DNA of 64,000 bases from contig CP086569.2 in NCBI GenBank assembly GCA_009914755.4, forward strand, positions 4,480,001-4,544,000, written 5' to 3'. The notes under the pieces are model-generated. The model worked only from the letters and a program-made list of their open reading frames with translations, was not told the DNA's origin and ran no database searches. Source of the DNA: the human T2T-CHM13v2.0 reference genome, Homo sapiens. The position numbers and the translations under genes are program-made. Below, piece by piece: positions 35,064 through 48,265 of the stretch; position 1 is the stretch's first letter, and each line of letters opens with the position of its first letter.

Positions 35064-36322
35064 GACTTAAACACGAGACTAGAAACTATCAAAATCCTAG
35101 AAGAAAACTTAAATAAAACTCTTCTTGACATTGGCCTAAGCAAACAATTTATGATTAAGTCTTCAAAAAGACATGCAACAAAAACAAAAATAGACAAATG
35201 GGACTTACACTAAAAAGTTTCTGCATTGCTAAGGACATAATCAACAGAGGGAAGAGACAACTAATCTGTTGAATGGTAGAAAATATTTTTTAAATATTCA
35301 TCTAACAAGAGACTAGTATTAAAATTTTACAGGGAACTCAACACACAAAAAAATCCAATTTAAAAAGTAAGCAAAGTGCACGAATAGATATTTCTCAAAA
35401 GAAGACATACAAATGGCCAACAAGTATATGAAAAAATGGTCAACCTCACTAATGATTGAGGAAATGCAAATTAAATTCACAGTGAGATATCATCTTATCC
35501 CAGTTAGAATGGCTATTATCAAAAAGACAAAAATAGCAGATGCTGGCAAGGATGTGGAGGATATACAAGGATATACTGTTCCTGGGTAAGCAAATTAGTA
35601 TAGTCATTGTGGGAAACAGTATAACGATTTCTCAAAAAACTAAAAATAGAACTACCGTACATTCCAGTAATCCTATTACTAGGAAAGAAAATCAGTTTAT
35701 AAAAGGGACACTTGCAATCATATGTTTATTGCAGCACTATTCACAATAGCAAAGATATAAAATTAACCTAAGTGTCCATCAACAAGTGAACGGTAAAGAA
35801 AGTGTGGTGTATATATACGGAATGGAATACTGTTTAGCCATTAAAAAAAGAAATCCTGTCACTTGCAGGAACATGGATGGAACTGGAGGTCATTATGTTA
35901 AGGGAAATAAGCCAGGCACAGAAAGACAAATATTGCATGTTTCTCACTCATATGTGGGAGCTAAAAGAGCAGATCTCATGAAGGTAGAATGATAGTTTAC
36001 CAAAGACTTGGAAGGGTGGGAGATGTTGAAGAGAAGTTGCTTAATAGTCACAAATATACAGCTAGATAAAAGGAGTAAGTTCTCGTGCTTCTACAACATA
36101 GTAGGGGGACTATAGTTATTGACACTATACTGTATATTTCAAAATAGCTAGAAGAAAATATTCTAAATTTTCCCAACACAAAGAAATAATAAATGTTCAA
36201 AGTAATAGATATCCTAAATACCCTAATTTGATCACTACACCTTGTATGCACGTATCAAAATATCACATGCACCCTGTAAATATGTACAATTATTATGTAT
36301 CAATTAAAATGTTTTTTAAAAG
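35064..36322 (+). mobile_element. LINE-1 (L1M/L1PB-like) 3' end, 1.26 kb (ORF2 C-terminus + 3' UTR)
   Basis: ORF2-like stretches (...[25 protein letters not shown]...; ...[19 protein letters not shown]...[35 protein letters not shown]...; ...GMEYCLAIKKRNPVTCRNMDGTGGHYVKGNKPGTERQILHVSH...). An old-type 3' UTR follows and ends ...gtatgcacgtatcaaaatatcacatgcaccctgtaaatatgtacaattattatgtatcaattaaaatgtttt. Confidence 0.8.
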
Positions 36323-39300
36323 ATCCTTCGCTCTGAAAAAAATTGATATGACAACATTGCACGTTTTTAATAAAGAATCCTAAAGTGCGTTATACAACAG
36401 AACAAACGTGGGTTATTTACACTCGTGTTTTATCTGGTAGACATTTTTAACCATTGTAGGTATTAGAGACTGTTACTTTTCTCAAATTTATATATGCTGT
36501 TTTAGAAACCAGTCTTTTTGATATACAAAGATAAATCCTTTCAGTTGGCAGAAAAAGTGAAGGCTATTACAATCCTTCTTAAAGCAGCTTGCAAACTTTG
36601 GATTTGTAATCATTATACCGTCATAGCCCAGTCTTAGCTCTAAGGACAAGGATTATGGCTACTGAGCAGTGATGGACTTCCTAGACTAGTTCTTAAACAT
36701 AAATAGCAACAAAATCAGTTGGTTCATCCTCAAACTCCAAAATTTACAAGGAAAAAAAAAATGCTGCCATTAAGTTAAAATCTACAAAATATTGCCAACT
36801 ATATATAATTAAAGGGAAAATAAACTCAATACCTCAAAGAATTTATATATTTTAAAATGTATTAGTCACCCTGCCTGTGGATCCTGTAGCAGTTTTTGTA
36901 ATATAAAGCTGGATAGTTGCATTTAATTTGTTTTAAAGGAGAGTTTCTATTAAAAGCATACCCAATCAATGTGTTAATCATTAATGAATTTCTAGTCATT
37001 TAGTTTTGAAGGCTTTATCTTCAAAATCATTTTCTATCCATCAAAATAGCTAAGTTGAATTATTAAAACATCGCATCATTTAGCTAATAGTAATGTTCCA
37101 GTGTCAATTTCTTAGTTTTTACAAATGTACCATCGTGATATAAAAAATTAACAATCGAGGAAAATGGTTAAGGGGCATGTAGAAACTCTGTACCAGCCTT
37201 GTAACTTTTTTTGTAAATATAAAATTATTCCAAAACATAAAGGTTATTAAAATATGCTCTTTTAAATGAAAACCTCTACTCCCCAAACAATGAGAGCTCC
37301 TTTTGGAAAAAAATTCCTTAAGTTGTATTTATTTGAAATTCTATTGAAATCAACATTATTTGAAGATGGTTTAAGTTGTTACTGTTGGGAATGAAAAGAC
37401 CAAATAGGGAGAAACTGCCAAATCCACAAAAAATCCTCAAAATATAAGAAACCCAGGTAGCCCATAGACATTTGTTCTCAGAGGTGCAATCCAAAATCAA
37501 GTAAACCAACTAAAAAATGTTTAGCATGAATCAAAGAATAAAAACTTACAACAGTATTGGCCTTGATAAAAGCAACGTTCCTTCCCCTCACTAATTCATG
37601 TGAAGAACTTAACTGTCAGACCTTTGCGACCTAAAATAGTGATTATTAAAATTCAGATCTTGTTTTGACTGTTCCCTAATTTATTTACAAAAGTAAATAT
37701 CCTTGGCATAATTCTAGCTCATTTTACCTGCATTTACATTTTTAGGAAAAAGTATGATATTTTCTTCCTATCAGGAATCTTGATTTTTCAATGACTGATT
37801 CTAGAAATATTTCAGAACAAAAGTCAATCTTCATATTTTTATGATCTATTAGCCATTGAACAATTTATTTGACAGGTTTATATATACTCAGTATGTACCA
37901 TGTGCCAGACACTGTTACAGGTGCAGGAGATCTAGTAGTGAGTAAAAGAGAAGAAAAATAAAAACCTTTCCTCAAAGAAGCTTACATTCTAGTCATATTG
38001 TTCTCTCTTTTTTTGTTTAAATTATTATTTTTAATTGACAAATCATAATTATATACATTCGTTGTGTACAATATAATGTTTTGATATATGTATATAATGT
38101 GGAATTATTAAATTGAAGTCATTAACATGTTCATCATCCCATTTACCTATCTTTTTTATGATGAGACATCTTGTTCTTAAAAAGTAAGCAGAAATATACC
38201 AAGAAAATGACTTCACTATAATTGAATCATGTCCCTACCTTAAACTTCCTTTTCAGGGAAATCTAATAAGAAATGGTCTGCTATTTTTCAAAGCTAAAAC
38301 ACATCTTATTGTAACATTGCAGTAAGAGATACTTGGGAGTAGGCAGACAATGCCATGCAATGATAATACCTGACAAGATAATATCCTAGAAAGGGTTCCT
38401 TTCCGTCAAATGAACTCTAATAAAGAATGGCTCTGAAAATGTCAGACTTTGAAACTGCCTTTTATGTACTTATTGATAATGCATAGAATCTGTTTGTTAT
38501 TCATATATAACTTGAAATTTCCCCCGTTAACACTTGAGGGCAGATTATCAGAGTAAGGAGAGTTTTGAATGTGGGATACATTTGTTTCCTCTTCCTCCAT
38601 ATCTCATCCAATTGTGTAGTTTGATGTCCTCCCTAACATTGCCTTTAATATTAGTTAATTCACATTTTTCTTCCTACTCCTATAGTTTTCAGTTCAACTG
38701 TAATATAAGTGTATATGGCAAACCACATTGGCCAGTTGATCACGGTGCATATTAATACTTTCAATTTGGCTTAAAACAACTAGAAGGGAAAAAGAATAAA
38801 ATACCCAAATCCACTCAAAGCTCACATTCTCTATATCCTTCAAATAAATAGACTTCAGTCTCAGACATACTTTAACTTATGAGAATCATTTCAGGTACTA
38901 TCACAGCTATTCTTGTCTGTCTTTAATGCTCCAGCATAATTGGTCTTAATCCCTTCTCCAAACCATCCTCTTCAAAAAAAAAAAAAAAAAATCCAAGTCT
39001 ACGTCTCTATATAAAGGAATGAGTTCAAGTTTTTCTTTTAGCTTATTAGCTTTGATATCTTGGGTAAGTCACTTAACTACCAATCCTTTAACAGTATTAG
39101 TCCCAATTAATACAAAGTCAGAGGTATCTGTTACTACAGAATTTAATGTTTCTAGTTGGCAAACTTTAAAAGAAATTCTGTTAAATGAAGTGACACACAA
39201 AAAATGTTTTACTGTCATTCAGACAAAACTACAGAAAAGAGTATTAAAGTCCACAGACCACTCAGTTATAAATTCTTTTTGCAATAATTTTTTTCCTTTG

Positions 39301-39809
39301 ATTTTGTACAATTAAACAATATAGTTTTTCTATTAATAAGTGTCACAAAGTAATACTGACTTTTAAACACATAACTTTTAAAGACAGACGGTAATAGTAA
39401 CTGAGTTGATACAGATTTTTGAGTGTATATTGATACTTATTTAAGGTAGCATCCACCTTTCAATTAAAACTGCAAAACAAAACAGAAAATGTCATGGTGT
39501 AATAGGAAAATAAGCAGATATCCTCTAGAGGTTTCTCTTTCCTTGCATCAGTTTGAATCATCAAATTGCAATGGCTGTTTGGTTAATATTTTTACCAGTG
39601 CATGGAATACTCACTTATCAGTCAATCCATTAAGCTACACCTGGGCATTCACCTTATAAAAAAAGAAAAACAGTAGGGTTTTAAAAAATTTCATTGTTAT
39701 GAATTTGGGGAGCTATTTTAGGAATCTATGTCCGAAGTATTATATCATTTGCAGAACTCATTTGGGCTGTGGAAAAGAGTATGGTAGTTCTTCAAAAAGT
39801 TAACCATAG

Positions 39810-41685
39810 AATTACATATGACCACACAATTTGAATTTTAGATATATACCCCAAAGAACTAAAAATGTAAGTCAACACAAAAACTTGTGCATGAACATTA
39901 ATATCAGCATTATTCATAATAGTTAAAAAGTGAATAAAAGCCTAATATCCATCAACTGATAAATGGGAAATTAAAATGCAGAATATCAATGCAATGGAAT
40001 ATTGTTTAGAATTTTTAAATTAATGAAGTACATATTATAACATGTATGAACCTTGGCAACATTATGCTATGCAAGAGAAGCCAGGCACAAACAGATCCTA
40101 TATTGTATTATGACATTCAAATGAAATGTTCAGAGTAGGAATATCCTTAGAGACAGAAAGTACATTAGTGGTTTTCAGTGGCTGGGGGAAGGAGGGAATG
40201 GGGAGTAACTGCTAATGGGTACAATATTTTCTATGAAAATTCTCTGGAATTAAATAATGGTGCATTAGTCCATTTTCATATTGGCATAAAGAACTGACTG
40301 AGACTGGGTAATTTATTTTAAAAAGGAGATTTAATTGACTCACAATTCAACATGGCTGGGGAGACCTCAGGAAACTTACAATCATGGCAGAAGATGAGGG
40401 GGAAGCAAGGCACTTTCATCACAAGGCAGCAGGAAGGAGAAGAGCTGAGAAAATGATGAAGAGCCCCTTATGAAACAAGACTCCCTTGTAAAACTCACTA
40501 TCAAGAGAACAGCATGGTGGAGACCACCCCTGTGATTCAATTATCTCCACTTGGCCTCTCCTTTGACACATGGAGATTATGTGGATTACAATTCAAGATG
40601 AGAGTTGGGTGGGAGGACAAACCCTAACCACGTTATTTCACCCCCAGCCTCTCCCAAATCTCATGGCCCTTTCACATTTCAAAACCAATCATGCCTTCCC
40701 AACAGTCCCCCAAAGACTTTATTTATTGCAGCATTAACTCAAAAGTCCAATTCCAAAGTCTCATATGAGATAAAACAAGTTTCTTTCACCTACAAGCCAA
40801 TAAAATCAAAAGCAAATTAATTACTTCCTAGATACAACAGGGGTAGAGACATTGGACACTCTTTTCCAAGTGTCATAAATTGGCCAAAGTGCAGGCACTA
40901 CAGGCCCCATGAAAGTCTGAAATCCAGTAGGGCAGTGAAATCTCAAAGCTCCAAAATGATCTCCTTTGGCTCCATGTCTCACATTCAGGTCACGCTGATG
41001 CAAGAGGTGGGCTCCCAGTGCCTTGGGCAGCTCCATTCCTGTGGCTTTGCAGGGTACAGCCCCCCTCCTGGCTGCTTTCGTGGTCTGGCATTTAATGTCT
41101 ATGGCTTTTCCAGGCGTATGGTGCAAGCTGTCAGTGGATCTACCATTCTGGGGTCTAGAGGATGGTGGCCTTCTTCTCATAGCTTCACTAATCAGTGACC
41201 CAGTGATGACTCTGTGTGGGGGCTTCCACCCCATATTTCCCTTCTGCAGTGCCCTAGCAGAGTTTCTCAATGAGGGCTCTGCCCCTGCAGCACACCTGTG
41301 CCTGGACATCCAGACATTTCCATACATCCTCTGAAATTTAGGTGGAGGTTCCAAACCTCAATTATTGTCTTCCATGCACCCACAGAACCAACAACACGTG
41401 AAAACTGCCAAGGCTTAGGGCTTGAACCCTCTGAAGCAATGGCCTGAGCTGTACCTTGGCCCTTTTTAGCCGTAGCTGGAGCAGCTGTGACACAGGGCTC
41501 AAATCCTGATTTGAATCACAATTCAAGATGACATTTGGGTGGGGACACAAAGCCTAGTCATATCAGTTGTGATAAATTTACAACTTTGTGAATACAGTAA
41601 AAACTAGTGAATTGTACACTTTTAAAGGGTAAATGTTGTGGCATGTAAGTTATATCTAAATATTTTAAAATTAGGTCATAAAGAA
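39810..41685 (+). mobile_element. LINE-1 (L1M-like) 3' end fragment, split by a later MaLR insertion (L1 parts about 39810-40260 and 41568-41685)
   Basis: ORF2 C-terminus (...FRYIPQRTKNVSQHKNLCMNINISIIHNS.KVNKSLISINR.MGN.NAEYQCNGILFRIFKLMKYIL.HV.TLATLCYARE...) and a 3' UTR reaching ...gtacaatattttctatgaaaattctctggaattaaataatggtg. The L1 3' UTR resumes after the MaLR element (...gttgtgataaatttacaactttgtgaatacagtaaaaactagtgaattgtacacttttaaagggtaaatgttgtggcatgtaagttatatctaaatattttaaaattag). Confidence 0.7.
40261..41567 (-). mobile_element. ERVL-MaLR element (MST/THE1-family): complete LTR (40261 to about 40638) + about 0.87 kb of internal region + 57-bp remnant of the other LTR (41511-41567), nested in the L1M
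   Basis: The LTR reads tgcattagtccattttcatattggcataaagaactgactgagactgggtaatttattttaaaaaggagatttaattgactcacaattcaacatggctggggagacctcaggaaacttacaatcatggcagaag...actcactatcaagagaacagcatggtggagacc...tacaattcaagatgagagttgggtggg. This is the reverse complement of the MaLR LTR consensus (TGATATGG...TAATACA). The internal region is homologous to the internal region of the copy at 52081-53600, and that shared internal region differs from ordinary flanking sequence. The last 57 bp, ttgaatcacaattcaagatgacatttgggtggggacacaaagcctagtcatatca, are an LTR terminus. Confidence 0.8.
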
Positions 41686-42829
41686 GCACAAGTTAAACTC
41701 ATTTTGTTTCAGTACTTACTGTGTAGACTTCAGCAAATTATTAAACCTGTCTGAGCCTCAATTTCTGTCATTTGCCTAACAAGGGTAATAATATCAAACA
41801 AACAAGGTTATTGTGACTTGATAAAATATAAAATATGACATGCCTAACATGCAGTAAATAGCTAACGAGTACAGTTATTTTTGTTATTATTATCATTATT
41901 ACTATCATTTTAAAATCATGGGCTAGAAAGAAACTCAGAAATCCTCAAATTCTTCTATTAACTAATGAAATACCTCACCTTTCTGCCCGATGTTCTTTGT
42001 TTTTTGATCTTATGTTGCATATCGATGAGTTACTGCCAATCAGTAAAATATACAGATACACATATACACACATGCATATACTATACTCATACATATATAA
42101 AATAATATCTAAAAAATGCTTTGTATCTAATACTTGTTATATTTTCTCAACAAACTGGCTTTCACAGCTATTAAATATCTCTCAGTGACACACTATGCAT
42201 ATCTCAAAAGGCTATAGCTCCTTAAAATATAAGCAAACAAATAAATCCACATATGCATACTCTGAGATTTCTGTGGGTGACAAAAAATACCTAGTCTACT
42301 TCAAGCCATTGCTATTCTATCCTTACTCATTGAAATAAGAAACAGTAGGTATATTTTTACCTGAATACGTTTATGCATAGTCAGGGACAAACCAGGCTCT
42401 GGTGATCATGGTTCAACTTTCTGATTCTATGAATTTAATGATTTTAGATACTTCACTAAGTATCTAAATCCTTCAATGTGCAGCAACAGTGAATGAATAT
42501 TAAATATTTTATAGTTGTAAAAAGATATTTCATATATATGATCCTAATTAGTGGTAAACAAAAACTAGTGTGAGAATGGTAAATAATGCTGCCTATATAT
42601 TCATTTAAAGTATTCTATTTTCAAACACCTTACTTTTATTGCAGTTACCTAGTGATACATATTCAATATGTTTCTCTCCATTTCACAAATGGAAAAACTG
42701 AGATATGCAAAACTAAATGACTTAAATAGGGAGACTCTATTCAGTAAAAGAAGAGTAGACCAGGTATGAAAAGTCTCTTCCATTGAACTCTCTTGCTAAA
42801 GGTGTAATTAATGAAAAGCAACATCAAAA

Positions 42830-45800
42830 GGGGACAGAGCAAGATGGCAAAATGGAAAGCCCCACTGATCATCCCCAAGGACACCAATTTTACAATTGTC
42901 TACACCAAGAAAACACCTTCATAAGGACCAAAAATCAAGTAAGCACTCATAGTACCTAGTTTTAATTTTCTGTCACTGAAAGAGGCACTGAAAAGGTAAT
43001 CTTGAATCACCAGTGCCACTGCTATCCCATCCCCCAGCAGCGGCAGCCTGGTGTGGAGAACATTTCTGTGTACTGAGGAGAGGAATAGTGTAGCAATTGT
43101 GAGGCATTGAACTTAGTGCAGACCTCTTATAGCAGAAAACTAGAAAAAAACTCAGCTGACATCCACACGTGAAGGAAATATTTAAAGCAGCCCTAGCCAA
43201 AGGGTGATTGCTGATCCCAGCAGTCAGAACTTGAGTTCCTGGAAGCCTTGACACAGTGGGACAAAGTACTCTGGGGCCTTAAATAAGCTTGAAAGTGAGT
43301 CTAAGCCAAAAAGACTGCAACTCCTAGGTGAGTCTTAGTGCTGAACTTGACCATGAGCCAGTGGACTGGGGAGTATATGACCTATTGAGAATCCAGCTAG
43401 GGGAGCTAAAGGAGCTAGTATCACTCATCCCCTAGCCTCAGACTACATAGATCATGGCTCCAAAAGAGACTCCTTCCCTCTGCTTGAAGAGAGAAGATGA
43501 AAGAGTGGTGAAGACTTTGTCTTGGACTTTGGATACCAGCTCAGCCACAGCAGGATAGGGCACTGGTCAGAGGTTTGAGGCCCCCATTCCAAGGATCCTG
43601 GGAGGCATTTCTAGGCATAAACTGGGCCAGAAGGGAACCTGCTGCCTTTAGGGAAGGACCCAGTCCTGGAAGGATATACCACCTGCTCCCTGAAGAGCCC
43701 TTGGGCCCTGAGTATCCAGCAGTAATACCCAGGTACCACATTGATTGCATTGGGTGAGCAGCTGAGACTGTCTGGCTTCAGGTAAGACTCAGCATGTGCC
43801 AAAATGAGGTGGGACTCCTTTCACTTGAGAAAAGCAGTGGGTAAAGTAAATGAGAGGTTGTTTTGCACATTAGGTATTATCTCAGCCACAGTGGAATAGA
43901 GAACCAAGCGGGATCTTGAGGTCTGCAATTCCAGGATGTGGCACTTGAATGGCATTTGGGGATGTTCCCTGGGCCAGAGGGGAGCCCACTGCACTGAAAG
44001 GAGAGTTACAGGCCAGGCAGCATTCACCGCAAGCTGACTAAAGAGCTCTTCAGCCTTAAGCAGGCATAGGTGGTAAAGAGCTCTTCAGCCTTAAGCAGGC
44101 ACTCTCTCCTGCTCCATCATGGGAAAATGTGCATTGCTTCCCCTTAATCTTCCACCATGATTGTAAGTTTCTTGAGGCTTCCCAGTTATGCTTCCCGTTA
44201 AGCCTGTGGAACTGTGAGTCAATTGAACATTTTTGTTTAATAAATTACCCAGTTTCAAGTAGTTCTTTACAGCAGAGTGAAAACGGACTAATACAAGATC
44301 CATAACAAACAACAACAAAAAAAAAACAAGAGAAAGTAAAGAAATAATAACATCTTTAATACAATAAAGCTGCAATATGTCTGACAGAAGACTTTTTAGT
44401 GGAAACTTTACAGGCCAGGAGAGAGTGGCAGGACATATTTAACATGCTGAAAAAAAAATTTACACTAGCATACCATACGTAGCTAAAGTATCCTTCAAAC
44501 ATGAAGAGAAATAAGGTCTTTCCCAGGCAAACAAAAGCTTCTGAGGGACTTTATAAACACCAGACCTGTCATACAAGAAATGCTAGAGTGTACTTCATTC
44601 AGAAAGAGAAAGTTGATGACAAGCAATAAGATACATCTAAAAGTACAAACTTACTGGTAACAAACAGGAAGTACACAGAAAAACACAGACTAATTTAACA
44701 CTGTAACTGTGGTGTGTAAACTACTTCTATCCTAAATAGAAAGACTAAATGATGAACCAATAAAAAATAAAAACTTCAACCTTTTTATGACCTTGACAAT
44801 ACAATAATATTGTAAATAGAAACAATAAAAAGTAAAAAAGCAGAATGACAAAGGTAGTGTAGGGTCTTTATTAGTTTTCTTTTTGTTTGTTTGCCTTTGC
44901 AAACAGGGTGAAGTTGTTAACAGCTTAAAATAATGGGTTATAAGATAGTATTTGCAAGCCTTATGGTAACTGCAAACCAGAAAACATACAACATATACAC
45001 ACAAAATAAAAAACAAGGAACTAAATCATATCACCAGGGAAAATTACCTTCAATGAAAAGAAGACAAGAAGGAAGGAAAGAACAAAAAGATCACAAAACA
45101 ACAAGAAAACAAATAAACAATGCAGTAAGAGTTAGTCCTTACTCACCAATAATAACATTGAATATAAATGGAATAAACTTTCCAATCAAAAGACACAGAG
45201 TGGCTGACTGAGGACAAAAACGACCCATTGATCTGTTGTATACAAGAAACACATTTTTTAAACATATATGCACCTAACACTGCAGCACCCAGAAAAATAA
45301 AGCAAATATTATTCGCATTCATTACATAGATGGGCCCGAATGCAGTGATAGCTGGAGGCTTCAACACCCCACTTTCAGCATTGAAAAGATCTTCTAGACA
45401 GAAAGTAAACAAATAAACATGACTTAATCTGCACTATAGACAAAATGGATCTAATAGATATTTACAGAATATTTCATCCAAGAGCTGCAGAATACACATT
45501 CTTTTCCTCAGCACATGGATCATTCTCAAGGACAGACCATATATTAAGTCACAAAACAAGTAAAACATTCGAATGATGGAAATAATGTCAAAAATCTTCT
45601 CTGACCACAATGCAGTAAAACAAGTTATTAATAACAAGAGGAATTTTGGAAGCCATAGAAACAGATGGAAAGTAAACAACATCCTCCTGAATCACCAGTG
45701 GGTCAATTAAGAAATTAAGGAGGAAATTGAAAATTTTTCTGAAGTAAATGATAATGGACACACAATATACAAAAGCCTATGGGATACAGAAAAAGCAGTA

Positions 45801-48265
45801 CTAAGGTGGAAGTTTATAGCTATAAGTGCCTACATTTAAAAAGAAGGAAAACCAAACAAACAACCTAACAATGCATCTTAAAGAACTAGAAAAGCAAGAA
45901 TAAACTGAACTCAAAATTAGTAGGAGAAAGAAAATAATAAAGATTAGAGTGGAAATAAATGCAACAGAAATAAAGAAAATAATATAAAAGACAAAACAGA
46001 AAGTTGTTTTCTTTTGAAAAGTTAAGCAAAATTAACAAATGTTTAGCCAGATTAAGAAAAAAAGAGAGAAGTCACAAGTAAATCAAATCAGAGTTGAAAA
46101 AGAGACATTACAATGGATATTGATGAAATTCAAAAGTTCATTAGCGGCTCCTAGGAGCAACTATATACCAATAAATTGAAAAATCCATAGGAAATGGACA
46201 AATTTCTAGACACATACAACCTAACAAAATTTAACCTTAAGGAAACTCAAAATCTGAGCAGACCAATAACAAGTAACAAGAATAAAGCTGTAATAAAACA
46301 TTTTCTAATAAATAAAAGTCCAGAATCTGATAGATTCACTGCCAAATTCTAAACATTTAAAGAACTGATACCAATCCTACTCAAACTATTCCAAGATATA
46401 GAGAAGAAGGAAGCACATTCAAACTCATCCTATGAGGTCAGTATTACGTTGATACCAAAACCAGACAAAGAAAACCAAAGCCAATATATCTGATGAAGAT
46501 TGATGAAAAAATCCTTAACAAAATACTAGCAAACTGGTTTAAACAACACATTGAAACTATCAGTCATCATGACCAAGTGGGATTTATTTCAGGAATGCAA
46601 GGATGGGTCAACCTATGAAAATCAATCCATGTGATATATCAACAGAATGAAAAACAAAAAGTTTATTAATTATTTCAATTGATGCTAAAAAAAACATTTT
46701 GTAAAATTCAACGTCCCTTCGTGATAAACACCCTAAACAACTGGGTATAAAAGGAACATACCTCAGTATAATAAAACCCATATATGGGAGACCCACAGCT
46801 AGTATTATACTAAAAATGGAGAAACTGAAAGTCTTTCCTCTAAGATCTGGAACACTGCAAGGATGCCCTTTGTCACCACTGTTATTCAGCATAGTACTGG
46901 AATTCTTATCTAGAGCAATCAGATGAGAGAAACATATAAAGGGCCTCCAAATTGGAAAGGAAGAAGTCAGGTAATCCAAGTTTGCAGATGATATGATCTT
47001 GCATTTAGAAAAACCTTAAGACTCCATGAAAAGTACTATTAGAACTCATAAGCAAATTCTATAAAGTTGCAGAACACAAAATCAACATACAAAAATCAGT
47101 AGCATTTTTATATGGTAACATTGTAAAATCAAAAAAGGGTTTTAAGTATAATCCCATTTACAATAGCCAGAAATAAAATTAAATAGCTAGGAATTTATTT
47201 AACCAAAGTGAAAGATCTTCATAATGAAAACTATAAAACACTGACAAAAGAAATTGTAGAGGACACCAAAAACTGGAAAGATATTCCATGTTCATGTATT
47301 GGAAGAATCAAAAATGTTAAAATGTCCATATGACCCTAAGCAATCTGCAGATTCAATGCAATCCCTATCAAAATACCAGCGACATTCTTCACAAATCAGC
47401 AAGAAAAAAAAATTATCCCATCAAAAACTGGGCAAAGAACATGAATAGACAATTCTCAAAAGAAGGTATACAAATGGCCAACAAACATATGAAAAAATAC
47501 TCAAGATCTCTAATTATCAAGGAAATGCAAATGAAAACCACAATGAGATATCTCCTTACTCTTCTAGGTATGGCCACAATTAAAAAATCAAAATATAATA
47601 GGCATTGCGGTGGATGTGGTGAAAAGGAAACACTTTTATGCTGCTGGTGGGAATGTAAACTAGTATAACCACTATTGAAAATAGTATGGAGATTCCTTAA
47701 AGAACTAAAAGTACAACTACCACTCAATCCAGCAATCCCACTACTGGGTATTTTCCCAAAGCAAAGGAAGTCATTATATATTTTTAAAAAAACACTTGCA
47801 CACGTATGTTTATAGCAGCACAATTCACAATTGCAAAAATATGGAACCAACCTAAATGCCCATCAATTAATGCATGGATTTTAAAAAGTGGTATATATAC
47901 ACCGTGGAATACTACTCAGCCATAAAAAGGAATGAAATAATGGCATTTTCAGCAACATGGGTGAAGTTGGAAACCATTATTCTAAGTGAAGTAACTCAAA
48001 AATGGAAAACCAAATATCATATATTCTCATTTATAAGTTGGAGCTAAGATATGAGGATACAAAGGTACAGAGTGATATAATGGACTTTGAGGACTCAGGG
48101 GAAGGGTGGCAGAAGGGTGAGGGATAAAAGACTACACATTGGGAAGAGTGTGCACTGCTGAGGTAACAAGTGCACCAAAATCTCAGAAATCACCACTAAA
48201 GAACTTAGTCATGTAACTAAAAACCACCTGTGCCCCCAAAACTATTGAAATAAAATAAAGAGGAA
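42830..48265 (+). mobile_element. LINE-1, near full-length old primate L1 (old L1PA / L1PB-like), about 5.4 kb: 5' UTR, ORF1 C-terminal remnant, inter-ORF, ORF2 and 3' UTR, all degenerate
   Basis: Starts ggggacagagcaagatggcaaaatggaaagcc, which is L1 5' UTR type. An ORF1 C-terminus sits at about 44370-44930 (...QARREWQDIFNMLKKKFTLAYHT.LKYPSNMKRNKVFPRQTKASEGLYKHQTCHTRNARVYFIQKEKVDDKQ...). The ORF2 EN domain begins about 45130 (...SPIITLNINGINFPIKRHRVAD.GQKRPIDLLYTRNTFFKHICT.HCSTQKNKANIIRIHYIDGPECSDSWRLQHPTFSIEKIF.TES...). RT motifs sit at 46500-47000 (...[52 protein letters not shown]...). The ORF2 C-terminus and 3' UTR end ...cacctgtgcccccaaaactattgaaataaaataaag. Confidence 0.8.
44095..44315 (+). 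mobile_element. MaLR LTR 3'-end fragment (about 220 bp) embedded at the 5' UTR / ORF1 boundary of the L1
   Basis: ctctctcctgctccatcatgggaaaatgtgcattgcttccccttaatcttccaccatgattgtaagtttcttgaggcttcccagttatgcttcccgttaagcctgtggaactgtgagtcaattgaacatttttgtttaataaattacccagtttcaagtagttctttacagcagagtgaaaacggactaatacaa. This matches the 3' third of THE1/MST LTR consensus (...GCCATGATTGTGAGGCCTCCCCAGCCATGTGGAACTGTGAGTC...AAATTACCCAGTCTC.GGTATG...AGCAGTGTGAGAA.GGACTAATACA). Confidence 0.5.

Noticed and set aside
40821-41354. 177-aa ORF (minus strand) that shares a short conserved peptide motif (EPPPKFQRMYGNVWMSRHRCAAGA vs EPQPRFQRMFGNTWMSRQKSAAGV) with the 79-aa ORF 52636-52875 in a second copy; a candidate conserved gene
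   Set aside because: Both lie in the homologous internal regions of two MaLR (MST/THE1-type) retrotransposon copies, so the conservation is due to common TE ancestry. The reading frames are broken differently in the two copies and have no start or termination context typical of host genes.
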